DNA from: Candidatus Margulisiibacteriota bacterium
Lineage (GTDB): Bacteria > Margulisbacteria > Marinamargulisbacteria > JBFWNS01
Reading direction: 5' to 3'
Length of the DNA stretch: 64,000 bases
Assembly: GCA_050250935.1 (NCBI GenBank)
Contig: JBFWNS010000002.1
Location: forward strand, 32,001 to 96,000
Both the position numbers and the translations under genes were made by a program. The notes under the pieces are model-generated. The model did not search any database, was not told where the DNA came from, and saw only the letters and a list, made by a program, of their open reading frames with translations. This document shows positions 37,870 through 48,297 of this stretch, one piece after another (the stretch's first letter is position 1; the number at the start of each line of letters is the position of its first letter).

Positions 37870-38555
37870 AAAATCTGGGATTTTTTGTGCTTTTTTTGAT
37901 GCTGGTCTCCACCCCGCTTTGGGCTGAAACAGCATATAATTTTTCGCCAAAACCGCTGCCCATTTTTAATTCAACGACGCTACCAAACCAGCAGATGGCT
38001 TGGCTGCTTCCAGGCAAAAGCATCTCGGTCAATGCCATTTTGGCGGTTCCAGAAAAAAATGGTCCTTCCACCAATATCAGCTATTGGGCAGTGGTGTCTG
38101 ACAAACCCTTTCGGGCCCTGGACTGCGCCTTTTTATTGCCCATTCCGACCCGTCCAACAACGCTTTCGTTCTCTAACTATGCCCGGCTGCTGAACGAGCA
38201 AGGCATTCGCGCCTATACCCAAGAAATCAAAGAAGATCAGCAGCGGTTCACCCGAAGCATTCAGCGTCTCTATATCGATTCTGTCGGCATCGAAGAGGCT
38301 TTTGTGGTGGCCTTACAGGTCTTTGCCATGCCCGATTTAACCTATCGGCGCTATTGGCCCCTGACACCCTCAGAAACGTTTCAGATTTTTCCCTTGAGCA
38401 CGACAACCCGAATCGAAACGGCCCTTTTACCCGATAAAGGACTTCAATCGATTGATTGGATTCAAACCTTGCCCAAGCAGCAAACCACCATCAGCGCAGC
38501 ATACGACAATACCCGTCGACTCTTCATTGAAAAAATGGTTTTGACCTACCGCTAA
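37866..38555 (+). CDS. Exported hypothetical protein, paralog of the upstream SH3-like gene
   Basis: Signal peptide, ATGA overlap, and shared motifs F.PKP.P and LLP.P......F..Y...L...G. Confidence 0.65.
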   Translation: MKNLGFFVLFLMLVSTPLWAETAYNFSPKPLPIFNSTTLPNQQMAWLLPGKSISVNAILAVPEKNGPSTNISYWAVVSDKPFRALDCAFLLPIPTRPTTLSFSNYARLLNEQGIRAYTQEIKEDQQRFTRSIQRLYIDSVGIEEAFVVALQVFAMPDLTYRRYWPLTPSETFQIFPLSTTTRIETALLPDKGLQSIDWIQTLPKQQTTISAAYDNTRRLFIEKMVLTYR

Positions 38556-38569
38556 GCGACTTGTATACT
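38541..38569 (+). promoter_or_regulatory. Sigma70 promoter of tRNA-Asn
   Basis: TTGACC-N17-TATACT followed by a GC-rich discriminator, 20 nt before the tRNA. Confidence 0.7.
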
Positions 38570-38588
38570 GTGGCCCTGTTTTACGCTT

Positions 38589-38663
38589 TCCCCTGTAGCT
38601 CAATGGCAGAGCAACCGGCTGTTAACCGGTAGGTTGTTGGTTCGAATCCATCCGGGGGAGCCA
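38589..38663 (+). tRNA. tRNA-Asn(GTT)
   Basis: TCCCCTG/CGGGGGA acceptor stem, anticodon arm ACCGG-CTGTTAA-CCGGT, T-loop GTTCGAATC, encoded CCA. Confidence 0.96.
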
Positions 38664-38681
38664 CCTTTTTGGTCTATTTTT

Positions 38682-40265
38682 TTAGTATTCAGATGTTGAA
38701 TGGAATTGAAGGTCGGGGTTTTCTTTGATTTCCCGTTCCAAACTCCATTTGGTTTCGGCCAAGTACACCGGACGGTCTTTCACGTCTTGGGCAATTTGAG
38801 ACCCTCTGGCTCGCATAAACTCTGTTAGTTTCGTGGCATTGTCGGATTCCAGCCAACAGGCCTTGATAAACGACAAGCCCTCGAACCGGCATTGGGCGCC
38901 ATATTCGTGCTCCAATCGGTATTGAATAACCTCGAACTGCAAGGCCCCAACGGTGCCCACAATTTTTCGGCCATCATGGGCACGGGTAAATACTTGGGCC
39001 ACCCCTTCTTCGCAAAGCTGTTCCAAACCTTTGTGCAGCTGTTTGATTTTGAGGGGATTTAAATTCACCACATATTTAAACAGCTCCGGCGAAAAACTGG
39101 GAATGCCTTTGAACATCATGGCTTCGCCTTCGGTTAAGGTGTCGCCGATTTTGAAATTGCCGGTGTCGTGAAGGCCTATAATGTCGCCGGGGAAGGCCTC
39201 TTCGATGATGTTTTTATCCTGGGCCATAAACGCTGTCGGATTGGAAAACCGCATTTGCTTGCCGAGGCGAACATGGGAATACCAGGTGTTGCGTAAAAAT
39301 TTACCGCTACAAATGCGTAAAAATGCGATGCGATCTCGGTGTTTGGGGTCGATATTGGCATGAATTTTGAAAATAAAACCAGTAAATTTGTTCTCGTTGG
39401 GCTCTACAAATCGGGTTGTGGTTTCCCTGGACCTTGGGTCTGGGGCAATATCGATAAAACAATCCAACAATTCCCTAACCCCAAAATTGTTCAAGGCACT
39501 GCCAAAAAACACAGGGGTAATGTCGCCGGCCCGATAAGCTTCGATGGAAAATTCGGGATAGACCCCGGTTACCAGGGCCACATCGTCTCGCAGTTTTTGC
39601 GCTTGGCTTCCCAATAACTCATCGAGTTTGGGGTCGCTTAAGTCTTTGATTTCGACGGTTTCTGGTGAATTTTGTTTGGCATGGGGTTTAAACAAAATCA
39701 GGCGCTTTTCATAGAAGCTATACACCCCTTTAAATTCTTTTCCCATGCCAATGGGCCAACTTAAGGGGCAAACGGTCATGCCCAGTTTTTCTTCGATTTC
39801 GTCCAGCAAATCGATGGGGTCTTTGCCTTCCCGGTCGAGCTTGTTCATGAAGGTCAGAATCGGGGTTTGGCGCATGCGACAGACTTCGAGCAATTTATAG
39901 GTTTGGGCTTCGACCCCCTTGGAAGAATCGATGACCATGATGGCACTGTCCACAGCCGTTAAAGTTCGGAAAGTGTCTTCGCAAAAATCTTGGTGACCCG
40001 GGGTATCCAACAAATTAATTTTGATGCCACGGTATTCAAAACCCATAACAGACGTGGCCACGGAAATACCCCGTTGGCGCTCGATTTCCATAAAGTCCGA
40101 GGTTACACCTCTGGCATCGCGCTTGGCTTTGACCGCACCGGCTACCTGAATGGCACCACCAAACAACAACAATTTCTCGGTTAAGGTTGTTTTACCGGCA
40201 TCGGGGTGACTGATAATCCCAAAGGTTCGGCGGCGTTTGATTTCCGATTCGATGCCCTGGCTCAT
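38682..40265 (-). CDS. prfC: Peptide chain release factor 3
   Basis: [47 protein letters not shown]. Confidence 0.97.
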   Translation of the reverse strand: MSQGIESEIKRRRTFGIISHPDAGKTTLTEKLLLFGGAIQVAGAVKAKRDARGVTSDFMEIERQRGISVATSVMGFEYRGIKINLLDTPGHQDFCEDTFRTLTAVDSAIMVIDSSKGVEAQTYKLLEVCRMRQTPILTFMNKLDREGKDPIDLLDEIEEKLGMTVCPLSWPIGMGKEFKGVYSFYEKRLILFKPHAKQNSPETVEIKDLSDPKLDELLGSQAQKLRDDVALVTGVYPEFSIEAYRAGDITPVFFGSALNNFGVRELLDCFIDIAPDPRSRETTTRFVEPNENKFTGFIFKIHANIDPKHRDRIAFLRICSGKFLRNTWYSHVRLGKQMRFSNPTAFMAQDKNIIEEAFPGDIIGLHDTGNFKIGDTLTEGEAMMFKGIPSFSPELFKYVVNLNPLKIKQLHKGLEQLCEEGVAQVFTRAHDGRKIVGTVGALQFEVIQYRLEHEYGAQCRFEGLSFIKACWLESDNATKLTEFMRARGSQIAQDVKDRPVYLAETKWSLEREIKENPDLQFHSTSEY

Positions 40266-40882
40266 GACTGCTCCGCCAACCAGGCCGCCAAATCCCCACG
40301 AACTTGGCCGCTGGTTTCGTAGACAATGCCATGCAAGCCATGGTTTTTGGCTTCAGCAATGTTTTCTTTTAAATCGTCGATAAAGACTGTGAATTCGGGA
40401 TTCAAGTCATAGGTTTGGATCAAGGCCCGATAAATGTCGGGCTCGGGCTTCATGCGGTTTACTTTGGCCGACACAATGGCGCCGGTTGCTTTTTGCATAA
40501 ACGGATAGGCCTCAATCAATTTATCGAAAGGCTTGTCCTGAAAATTGGATAAAAAGTACAGCGGATACCCCAACTCGTGGAGCTCTAGAAACAGCTTATG
40601 GGTGTCTTCGATGGGTTCTAGGTGATACACAAAGTCGTTCAAAATCCGGGAAAATCCGGCCCTTAAATCGGGATGGGCTTCACAAAGCCGATCGATGGCC
40701 TCGTCTTGGGAAAGATCGCCCCGGTCCAGATCCTGCCACAGCTGATGGTAAAACAGACGCTGCAAAAAAATGTCGGCATGGGGCGTATCGGGAAGCAACT
40801 GGGACAAAATGTACTCGGGTCTATACCCAAACAGGACTTTTCCGATATCAAAAACTATGGCTTGGGTGGGTTGTGTAGACAT
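40262..40882 (-). CDS. HAD family phosphatase
   Basis: [28 protein letters not shown]. Confidence 0.88.
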   Translation of the reverse strand: MSTQPTQAIVFDIGKVLFGYRPEYILSQLLPDTPHADIFLQRLFYHQLWQDLDRGDLSQDEAIDRLCEAHPDLRAGFSRILNDFVYHLEPIEDTHKLFLELHELGYPLYFLSNFQDKPFDKLIEAYPFMQKATGAIVSAKVNRMKPEPDIYRALIQTYDLNPEFTVFIDDLKENIAEAKNHGLHGIVYETSGQVRGDLAAWLAEQS

Positions 40883-40890
40883 ATTTAAAT

Positions 40891-40927
40891 AAGAAAACCC
40901 AACCTGGGATCAGATTGGGTTTTTTCC
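40891..40927. terminator. Intrinsic terminator after rpmB
   Basis: AAAACCCAACCTG-ggat-CAGATTGGGTTTT hairpin. Confidence 0.75.
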
Positions 40928-40950
40928 TTCAACACTTGGGAAATTAAAAA

Positions 40951-41142
40951 TTAGCTAACGACTTTTTTGGTGTAAGTGCGCAAACAAGACGTGCAAACTT
41001 TAACACGCTTTGCAATGCCAATCAGGTTCAATTTTAATGAATGCAGGTTGGGCAAAAAGCGGCGTTTGGTTCTGCGGTTGGAATGGCTCACGTTGTTGCC
41101 ACTCAAAGGTCTTTTTCCACACATATCGCATTGTCTTGACAT
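40951..41142 (-). CDS. rpmB: 50S ribosomal protein L28
   Basis: [33 protein letters not shown]...VCTSCLR. Confidence 0.96.
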   Translation of the reverse strand: MSRQCDMCGKRPLSGNNVSHSNRRTKRRFLPNLHSLKLNLIGIAKRVKVCTSCLRTYTKKVVS

Positions 41143-41177
41143 GACTCAATCCTCTTTAAACAAATAGTAGACACCAA

Positions 41178-41251
41178 AATGTACTACACTGCATCCCGAA
41201 ATACAAGCCAAAAACATCCCCCTAGACCTTGTCCGTCCTGTGGCTTACACT
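41178..41251. promoter_or_regulatory. Divergent sigma70 promoters for rpmB and the accC operon
   Basis: Minus strand TTGTAT-N17-TACATT (41206-41178); plus strand TAGACC-N17-TACACT (41223-41251). Confidence 0.55.
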
Positions 41252-41299
41252 ACTCCAGACTTCTGAAGATCCACTTCCTTCACCAATAAGGAGAAATCG

Positions 41300-42649
41300 T
41301 TGTTTAAAAAAGTACTGATCGCCAACCGTTCCGAAATCGCGCTCCGAATTATTCGTGCTTGCAAAGAGCTGGGCATTAAATCGGTCGCAGTGTATTCCGA
41401 AGCGGACCAAGATTCGCTGCACGTCAAAATGGCCGACGAAGCCATTTGCATTGGACCGGCCTCTCCTAAAGAAAGCTATTTGAACATCCCGGCCATTATT
41501 TCGGCTGCCGAATTGTCGGGTGCCCAAGCCATTCATCCCGGCTATGGTTTTTTGGCTGAAAATCCCTATTTTAGTGAAGTGTGCAAAGCCAATAACATCG
41601 TCTTTATTGGGGCTTCTGCTGAAAACATTCGCTTGATGGGCAACAAAAGCGAAGCCAAAAAGACCATGAGAAAGCTGAAAGTCCCCACGGTTCCAGGGTC
41701 TGAAGGCGTTATTTCAACCGAAAAAGAATTGCTGGCCATCGCCAAAGAAACAGGCTATCCGCTAATGATTAAAGCCTCGGCTGGGGGCGGCGGAAAAGGG
41801 ATGCGCATTGTTCGCGATTCCAGCCAATTAAAAGAAATGTACAATCTGGCGGTTAACGAAGCCCAATCCGCGTTTGGAAACGGCGATGTGTATGTTGAAA
41901 AATACATTGAAGAACCCCGCCACATTGAAATTCAAATTTTGTCGGATAAACATGGCAATGCGGTTCACCTTGGCGAACGGGATTGTTCAATTCAGCGCCG
42001 TCACCAAAAATTGATCGAAGAATCGCCTTCCCCCATTTTGGATGAAAAACTCCGCAAAAAAATGGGTGATTCTGCCGTTACTGTGGCCAAGGCCTTGAAA
42101 TATCAGGGTGCTGGGACCATCGAATTTTTGGTGGACAAACACAAAAATTATTATTTTATGGAGATGAACACCCGGATTCAGGTGGAACACCCCGTTACTG
42201 AAATGGTAACAAATGTGGATTTGGTCAAAGAACAGATTTTGATTGCCGCTACGGGTAAATTGTCCCTCAAACAAAAAGACATTGCCTTTCATGGCCACGC
42301 CATTGAACTTCGGATTAATGCCGAGGATTTTCGCCGAAACTTTGCGCCTTGTCCTGGCAAAATCGATTTGTATTTGCCAGCTGGCGGACCTGGCATTCGC
42401 ATTGATAGCCACATGTATCCAGGTTATGTGGTCCCCCCCTATTACGACTCGCTGCTGGGCAAATTGATTATTTGGGGAAAAGACCGCGAAGAAGCCTTAC
42501 AACGGGCCGAGCGGGCCATCGACGAATTTATTTTGGATGGGGTTCCCACCACCCTGGCTTTCCACAATCTGGTAATTCAACATCCCCTCTTTCGGAAAGG
42601 CCAGTTTGATACCGGCTTTGTCGAAAAAAATGTGATGTGTCACCTGTAA
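41300..42649 (+). CDS. accC: Acetyl-CoA carboxylase biotin carboxylase subunit
   Basis: KKVLIANRSEIA, IHPGYGFLAEN, GGGGKGMR, EMNTRIQVEHPVTE. TTG start with SD AAGGAG. Confidence 0.95.
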   Translation: MFKKVLIANRSEIALRIIRACKELGIKSVAVYSEADQDSLHVKMADEAICIGPASPKESYLNIPAIISAAELSGAQAIHPGYGFLAENPYFSEVCKANNIVFIGASAENIRLMGNKSEAKKTMRKLKVPTVPGSEGVISTEKELLAIAKETGYPLMIKASAGGGGKGMRIVRDSSQLKEMYNLAVNEAQSAFGNGDVYVEKYIEEPRHIEIQILSDKHGNAVHLGERDCSIQRRHQKLIEESPSPILDEKLRKKMGDSAVTVAKALKYQGAGTIEFLVDKHKNYYFMEMNTRIQVEHPVTEMVTNVDLVKEQILIAATGKLSLKQKDIAFHGHAIELRINAEDFRRNFAPCPGKIDLYLPAGGPGIRIDSHMYPGYVVPPYYDSLLGKLIIWGKDREEALQRAERAIDEFILDGVPTTLAFHNLVIQHPLFRKGQFDTGFVEKNVMCHL

Positions 42650-43057
42650 ATGGGAAAACGAAACACCGGACGTAAATTGGCCATGCAGGCCTTGTATCAA
42701 GCCGACATTCGCCAAGTGGATATGGCCGATGTGACCCCTTTGTTTTTGGACGAATCTGGGTACATGGAAGAAACCAAAACCTGGGCCTTGGAACTGGCCC
42801 ACTCGGCCTGGGCCTATCGCCACCAAGCCGACACCTTGATCCAGCAATTTTCTATTGGCTGGTCTTTGGATCGATTAAACCCCATCGACAAGGCCATTTT
42901 ACGCCTGGCCTTTTACGAGATGATCGAGGTTAAAACCGACCCTAGAATTGTAATTGACGAAGCTTTGGAAATTGCAAAAAAATATTCAGAAGACGATTCT
43001 GCCCGATTCATCAATGGAATTTTAGGGCAGTACATCAAAGACGGAACCACGGCATAA
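42650..43057 (+). CDS. nusB: Transcription antitermination factor NusB
   Basis: RKLAMQALYQ, IDKAILRLAFYE, EALEIAKKY, FINGIL. Confidence 0.93.
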   Translation: MGKRNTGRKLAMQALYQADIRQVDMADVTPLFLDESGYMEETKTWALELAHSAWAYRHQADTLIQQFSIGWSLDRLNPIDKAILRLAFYEMIEVKTDPRIVIDEALEIAKKYSEDDSARFINGILGQYIKDGTTA

Positions 43058-43062
43058 CCGCT

Positions 43063-43665
43063 ATGTTTACAGGCTTAATTCAAGGACTGGGGACCGTTCA
43101 GAGCGTTTCTGCAAACGGAAAAGGGCTTCGAGCCGTCATTGAGACCCCCCTTTCGGCCAAGTTGACCGAAGGCGACAGCATTGCTGTAAATGGGGTTTGT
43201 TCTACAGCGTTGGCCATTTCGAACACCGCTTTTTCAGTGGATTATTTACCAGAAACCTTGCTTAAAACCACCTTTGCTTCCCTTCAAGTCCAAGACAAAC
43301 TGAATTTGGAATGTTGTTTGACCCTTCAAACCCCGCTGGGTGGGCACTTGGTTTCGGGGCACATCGATTGCACCGGCAAGATTTTAAACGTTGAAACCAC
43401 GGGGCCATTTGCCATCCTTACCGTGGCGTATCCTGGCGAGTTCGCCCCTTTTTTGATTCCCAAAGGGTCCATTGGGATTGATGGCATTAGTTTGACGGTT
43501 GTCGAAGTGACCGACGATTATTTTACCTGTCATTTGATTCCCCACACCTTGGCTTCCACCAATCTTCACACCAAAAAGGTAGGGGATTCGGTTAATTTAG
43601 AATTTGATACTCTGGCAAAATATCTTTATCGTTTTTATAATCTTCAAAAACCTGTTTCATCTTAA
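43063..43665 (+). CDS. ribE: Riboflavin synthase (alpha chain)
   Basis: MFTGLI, GDSIAVNGVC, GGHLVSGHID, KGSIGIDGISLT. Confidence 0.95.
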   Translation: MFTGLIQGLGTVQSVSANGKGLRAVIETPLSAKLTEGDSIAVNGVCSTALAISNTAFSVDYLPETLLKTTFASLQVQDKLNLECCLTLQTPLGGHLVSGHIDCTGKILNVETTGPFAILTVAYPGEFAPFLIPKGSIGIDGISLTVVEVTDDYFTCHLIPHTLASTNLHTKKVGDSVNLEFDTLAKYLYRFYNLQKPVSS

Positions 43666-43695
43666 CCAGATGTGACACCAGAAAAGAAGGTCACC

Positions 43696-44907
43696 ATGAA
43701 ATCACCATTCAGTTCCATTCAAGATGCCATCGACGATATTGCCAATGGCAGAATGGTGGTCGTTGTCGACGACGAAAACCGCGAAAACGAAGGCGATTTG
43801 GTGATGGCCGCCCACTTTGCCACCCCCGATGCCATCAATTTTATGATCAAGCATGGCAAAGGGCTGGTTTGTTTGCCAGTTACTGAAGATATTTTGGATC
43901 GCCTCGAACTTAAAGACATGGTCCAAGACAACACAGAGGCCCTTAAAACAGCCTTTACCGTTTCCATCGATGCCGCCAAAAAACATGGGGTTTCGACTGG
44001 GATTTCGGCCGCAGATCGGGCCAAAACGATTCAGTGGGTCATTAACCCCACCAGCACCAAAGAGGATATCGTGACCCCTGGGCATATTTTCCCGCTCAAA
44101 GCCCAAAAAATGGGGGTTTTAAAACGGGCTGGCCACACCGAAGCAGCTGTGGATTTGGCCAAAATGGCTGGTTTAGAGCCCGCTGGGGTTATTTGTGAAA
44201 TTATCAACGAGGATGGATCTATGGCCCGTGTGCCCGATTTAATCGAGTTCGCCAAACACCATGGTCTCAAACTCATTACCATCAAAGATCTGATTCAATA
44301 CCGCCTTAAAAAAGACCGTCTTATCTCGAAAATCGAAACCACCCGATTGCCCACAGCCTACGGGGAATTTACCTTGGTTTGTTACCACGATACGGTTAAC
44401 GACAAATACCATGTGGCCATCACCAAAGGCGATATCGAAAAACAAAAACACGTTTTGGTTCGGGTTCATTCCGAATGTTTGACCGGCGATGTGTTTCAAT
44501 CCCAACGCTGCGATTGTGGGGATCAGCTACATGCCGCCATGTCCATGATCGAAAAAGAAGGATCTGGCATTATTTTGTATATGCGCCAAGAAGGCCGTGG
44601 CATTGGACTTCCCAATAAACTGCGGGCCTATCGCCTTCAAGACGATTTGGGCTTGGACACGGTTGAAGCCAATATTCGCCTTGGCTTTCCCCCAGACCTT
44701 CGGGACTATGGGGTTGGGGCTCAGATTTTGTTGGATTTGGGGGTCAAAAGCCTGCGTTTGTTGACCAACAATCCCACCAAGTTGGTGGCCCTTGAAGGGT
44801 ATGGCATCGAAATTCACGAGCGCGTTCCCATCATTTGCAAGCCCAACGCCCACAACGCCAGCTATCTTAAAACCAAGTCAGAAAAAATGGGGCATATGCT
44901 CCCCTAG
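43696..44907 (+). CDS. ribBA: Bifunctional DHBP synthase / GTP cyclohydrolase II
   Basis: [43 protein letters not shown] 43696 has an SD-like AGAAGG; GTG 43672 is an alternative start. Confidence 0.95.
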   Translation: MKSPFSSIQDAIDDIANGRMVVVVDDENRENEGDLVMAAHFATPDAINFMIKHGKGLVCLPVTEDILDRLELKDMVQDNTEALKTAFTVSIDAAKKHGVSTGISAADRAKTIQWVINPTSTKEDIVTPGHIFPLKAQKMGVLKRAGHTEAAVDLAKMAGLEPAGVICEIINEDGSMARVPDLIEFAKHHGLKLITIKDLIQYRLKKDRLISKIETTRLPTAYGEFTLVCYHDTVNDKYHVAITKGDIEKQKHVLVRVHSECLTGDVFQSQRCDCGDQLHAAMSMIEKEGSGIILYMRQEGRGIGLPNKLRAYRLQDDLGLDTVEANIRLGFPPDLRDYGVGAQILLDLGVKSLRLLTNNPTKLVALEGYGIEIHERVPIICKPNAHNASYLKTKSEKMGHMLP

Positions 44908-44916
44908 GAGACCGTC

Positions 44917-45378
44917 ATGATTTACGAAGGCCATTCTCATATCGGTAATTTGCGGTTTGCCATTGTGGTTGCCCGATTCAACGATTTTATTACCAAATCC
45001 TTGCTGGAAGGGGCGTTGACCACCCTTAAAAACTACGGCGCATCCGAAGAAAACATCGATGTGGTTTGGGTGCCTGGGGCTTTCGAAATCCCTGTGGCCG
45101 CCAAAAAAATTCTGCTTTCCAAAAAACCCGATGCTGTTATTTGTTTAGGAGCTATCATTCGGGGCGAAACTGCTCATTTTGAGTATGTGGCTGGTGAAGC
45201 GGCAAGAGGGATTGCAGCCCTGGCTTTGGAAACCACAACCCCCGTTATTTTGGGGGTCTTGGCCACCAATACCATCGATCAAGCGTTGGACCGCTGCGGT
45301 TCTAAGGCCGGAAACAAGGGCATTGAAGCCGCCATGGCCGCTGTGGAAATGGCCACCTTATTGCGTAGTTTGTCCTAA
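44917..45378 (+). CDS. ribH: 6,7-dimethyl-8-ribityllumazine synthase
   Basis: IVVARFNDFIT, VPGAFEIP, IRGETAHFEYV, GNKG. Confidence 0.96.
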   Translation: MIYEGHSHIGNLRFAIVVARFNDFITKSLLEGALTTLKNYGASEENIDVVWVPGAFEIPVAAKKILLSKKPDAVICLGAIIRGETAHFEYVAGEAARGIAALALETTTPVILGVLATNTIDQALDRCGSKAGNKGIEAAMAAVEMATLLRSLS

Positions 45379-45396
45379 CCCCTTACAATTTTTTCG

Positions 45397-47055
45397 ATGG
45401 ATATTGCACCCATAGGCCAACAACCGTTTCTACCCTACCTACAACAAGCCTCGAACGTGCAGGAGCCCAAGCACGTTTCTGAAAATCACAAACCAGACCC
45501 CATCCACCTTGAAGAACTTCACGAAATTCACAATGCACCGCTTCCTGAAGGGGTTCAAAAAGCCGATGTAGAGCATGCCTCGGTTACGGTTAAAGAACTT
45601 CAAACCAACATTGAATCCCAATTAAAATCCATTAACGCCCACAAAAACGACCCCAGCACCCAAAGCCAACTTCAAGCAGTTCAAGGCTACAAAGGCTTGG
45701 CGACTCAGCACCAAAGCATGGCCATTATTGGTCTTTTAAGCATGATGCAAGGTCGAGGCCAAGATCCGTTTGTGACAGCCGAAATTATGAATACCCTCAT
45801 TCCCTTTTTTAATACCGAAAACTACCACCTTCTGGAATCCATGCTGATTACCCTGGGACGGAACTTGGACGCCGTTCGAGGGCCCTACAAAGAACAGGTT
45901 CAACAAGCCCTTCAAAATGCCCTGGCCACCCTCAATTTAACCAATCATCCCGAACCTGCCGTTCGGTTGGCCGCCATTCAGTTGCTGAACGCCCTCGAAG
46001 AAACGGGGGTGATCCCAGCAGCCATTTTGGCCCCCGAAATTCCGGCCGAAGCTGCAGCCGAGCAACCTGTTTTTGCCGAAGGATTTGTGCCAGCCCAAGC
46101 CCAACGAACCCCATCCACTGTTCCCGCAGATCCTGCGCAAAACGCCTATGCCGCCAGTGCCATGGCCACCATGGCTTGGGGATCTTTCTTTGCCCGGGTT
46201 TTTGCGTTTTATCCCCTCTTGGACATGAGCCCCAGCTTGATTTATGCCCTGTTGTATGTGGCCGGCTTGGGCAGTGGGGGCAGTCGATCGGCTTATGCAA
46301 AAAATTCTAAAACGGTGGCCATTATTACCACCCGGTCGGCCAGTTTACCCCGTGGGCAATTCGACTTTCCAGGTATCGAAGTGGTGGAAATGGGGCCGGA
46401 GCTTAGCGAAAAGAACTTTAGAACCAAATATCACGCCCTACTGACCAAGGGCATCCAAACCATCTATGTTATTTTGCCTGATTCCCGCTATTGGAACATC
46501 TATCACAACGCGTTTTCGGCCTCGGACAACCGCCCCAACATCCGGGTCTTCGATTCCAGAACCTTTGGGATTGGGATGGCCTTGGTGGTTCGGCAATTGG
46601 GGAAAGCCTTGATTCGGACCAACTCCGGTCGCCAAATGGACTTTTTTATTCGCAGTTTCGCCAAAGTGGTTCGGTATTGGGTTGTTTTGGATAGTTTTGA
46701 TCAAGTTAAAAACCATGCTTGGTTTGGCAAATTGCTGGGAAAACCCCTTGGAAAAAGCTCTTTCGATGTCCACAATATCGTGATGCAATTTCATGAACCC
46801 AGTGGCATCGTTGGCAAAGAGCCCACCCTGATTAAAGGGCTGTCTTATGTTAAAAAAGAACTACAACTCGATTGTATTCACCGCCAAAAAGAACCCCGAA
46901 AAATCTTTATCCAGCATCACGAACGGTCCAAAGAAGCCACCATGCTGGCCGATGCTTTGCGCAAAAAATACCCGAATTTAAATATCCAAGTCTTTCCGTC
47001 CAGCGACTATTTGGCCTCTCAGCTGGGCTGCCACGTTGGTGTGGCCATGCTTTGA
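45397..47055 (+). CDS. Unknown ~300-aa N-terminal region fused to a divergent DegV/FakB-like domain
   Basis: C-terminal half shows DegV-like blocks: VAIITTRSASLP, IRVFDSRTFGIGMALVV, YWVVLDSFDQV, IFIQH, LASQLG. Confidence 0.65.
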   Translation: MDIAPIGQQPFLPYLQQASNVQEPKHVSENHKPDPIHLEELHEIHNAPLPEGVQKADVEHASVTVKELQTNIESQLKSINAHKNDPSTQSQLQAVQGYKGLATQHQSMAIIGLLSMMQGRGQDPFVTAEIMNTLIPFFNTENYHLLESMLITLGRNLDAVRGPYKEQVQQALQNALATLNLTNHPEPAVRLAAIQLLNALEETGVIPAAILAPEIPAEAAAEQPVFAEGFVPAQAQRTPSTVPADPAQNAYAASAMATMAWGSFFARVFAFYPLLDMSPSLIYALLYVAGLGSGGSRSAYAKNSKTVAIITTRSASLPRGQFDFPGIEVVEMGPELSEKNFRTKYHALLTKGIQTIYVILPDSRYWNIYHNAFSASDNRPNIRVFDSRTFGIGMALVVRQLGKALIRTNSGRQMDFFIRSFAKVVRYWVVLDSFDQVKNHAWFGKLLGKPLGKSSFDVHNIVMQFHEPSGIVGKEPTLIKGLSYVKKELQLDCIHRQKEPRKIFIQHHERSKEATMLADALRKKYPNLNIQVFPSSDYLASQLGCHVGVAML

Positions 47056-48284
47056 TGATGGACGCGTTTTTTGGGTTTACGGATTCTCTGGCCATCGAGG
47101 CCCAGCGCTTGTTTCCTTTTCCTAGGGGGACGTTTCAGCATTCTGGCTCTCGCCTGACCAAGTCGTGGATTTCCTTTTCCCCCACCCTGACCCTGATCCA
47201 TTATTTTTCGGCTTCGCCTTTTACCTTGACTTTGGAATGGCCAGACTCGGTTTCTGTGATGACCTCTATACCGCTTTCCCCTGCACCCAATGGTGGGTCG
47301 CTTTCTTTTTCCGATGGGGTTGTGGTGGTGGTTTCTTCTGGACCTATTTCGAGGCGGATGGACCCCGTTGCCGCGTGGGATTCGGCTTGTATGGCGAAAG
47401 AGTGTGCTTTTGACGGTTCTGCGGAACCTTGGATTTTGGCCTTGCATCATGCGGCAGAGCATCCGGAAGCCCTCCAGTCTCCGCTTCAGAAGGTCCGGTC
47501 TTTGACAGGTTTGGGCTTGCTTTGGGATGAAAAGTCCGGGGTTTGGGACGCGCTGGTCTCTCCGCCCAAACTGACAGACCCAGAAACGGCCCTATGGTAT
47601 TCTTGGGCGGTTTATCAGTGGCTACACGCCCCTTTAAATGAAGGCGAAACCCAGGAACATCGCCTCGAAGACTTGTTCTCTAGCCCCATTTGGGGACATC
47701 TCGAACACCTGACCCGACACATTATGCGGGGCAATTCTCGGGTTCAGATGCGACCCAACGGACTGCTTTGGGAAACCGAACACAACGGTGCACGGGTCGA
47801 TTTGAATGCCTTGTGGTATAGCCACCTTCATTTTTACAAAGACTTGCTGGTGGCCCGACACGAAGAACACCGGTTTCTGTTTCATCTTAATCAACTCAAC
47901 CATGTCTTTTTTAAATCGTTTTGGCTGTCCAAAAGTCAGCATTTGTGCGCCGTTCACCGACCCGAAAAACGAGATACCAGTTGCAGTCTCAATCAACTTG
48001 TGGCGGCAGCCATGCCCTATTCTCATTTAACCCACCCTCAAATTGTGTCGGTTCTTAAGGCCATCGACAAACAGATCCATCGTGCCAAAGACCTCGCTTT
48101 TGATCCCCAATATCTGGGACTGTGGTTGGATGCCATGCAAAAAGTCAGTGCAACAACAGCCATTCAAACCCACATGACCCCCTTCTTGGCCGACCTTCAA
48201 GCCAGCCTCGAAGCAGGGTCCCCGCTTCCCGCCTTAACCGCTTGCGAAGTGATTCGGGCCCTCCACAATCGGCCTGTTTCCTAG
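47055..48284 (+). CDS. Divergent amylo-alpha-1,6-glucosidase (glycogen debranching, GDE_C)-like protein
   Basis: TGATG coupling to the upstream gene. ETALWYSWAVYQW, RVDLNALWYSHL and LNQLVAAAMPYS resemble the family motifs DAxLWF, PVEINALWYNAL and PNQxxAxSLP. Confidence 0.55.
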   Translation: MMDAFFGFTDSLAIEAQRLFPFPRGTFQHSGSRLTKSWISFSPTLTLIHYFSASPFTLTLEWPDSVSVMTSIPLSPAPNGGSLSFSDGVVVVVSSGPISRRMDPVAAWDSACMAKECAFDGSAEPWILALHHAAEHPEALQSPLQKVRSLTGLGLLWDEKSGVWDALVSPPKLTDPETALWYSWAVYQWLHAPLNEGETQEHRLEDLFSSPIWGHLEHLTRHIMRGNSRVQMRPNGLLWETEHNGARVDLNALWYSHLHFYKDLLVARHEEHRFLFHLNQLNHVFFKSFWLSKSQHLCAVHRPEKRDTSCSLNQLVAAAMPYSHLTHPQIVSVLKAIDKQIHRAKDLAFDPQYLGLWLDAMQKVSATTAIQTHMTPFLADLQASLEAGSPLPALTACEVIRALHNRPVS

Positions 48285-48297
48285 CAAGCAGCCTAGC

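Noticed and set aside
30746..38663. Peptide-export locus as a genomic island integrated at tRNA-Asn
   Set aside because: No integrase, no duplicated tRNA 3' end that I could find, and the locus lies on the 5' side of the tRNA. Composition looks like the rest of the window.
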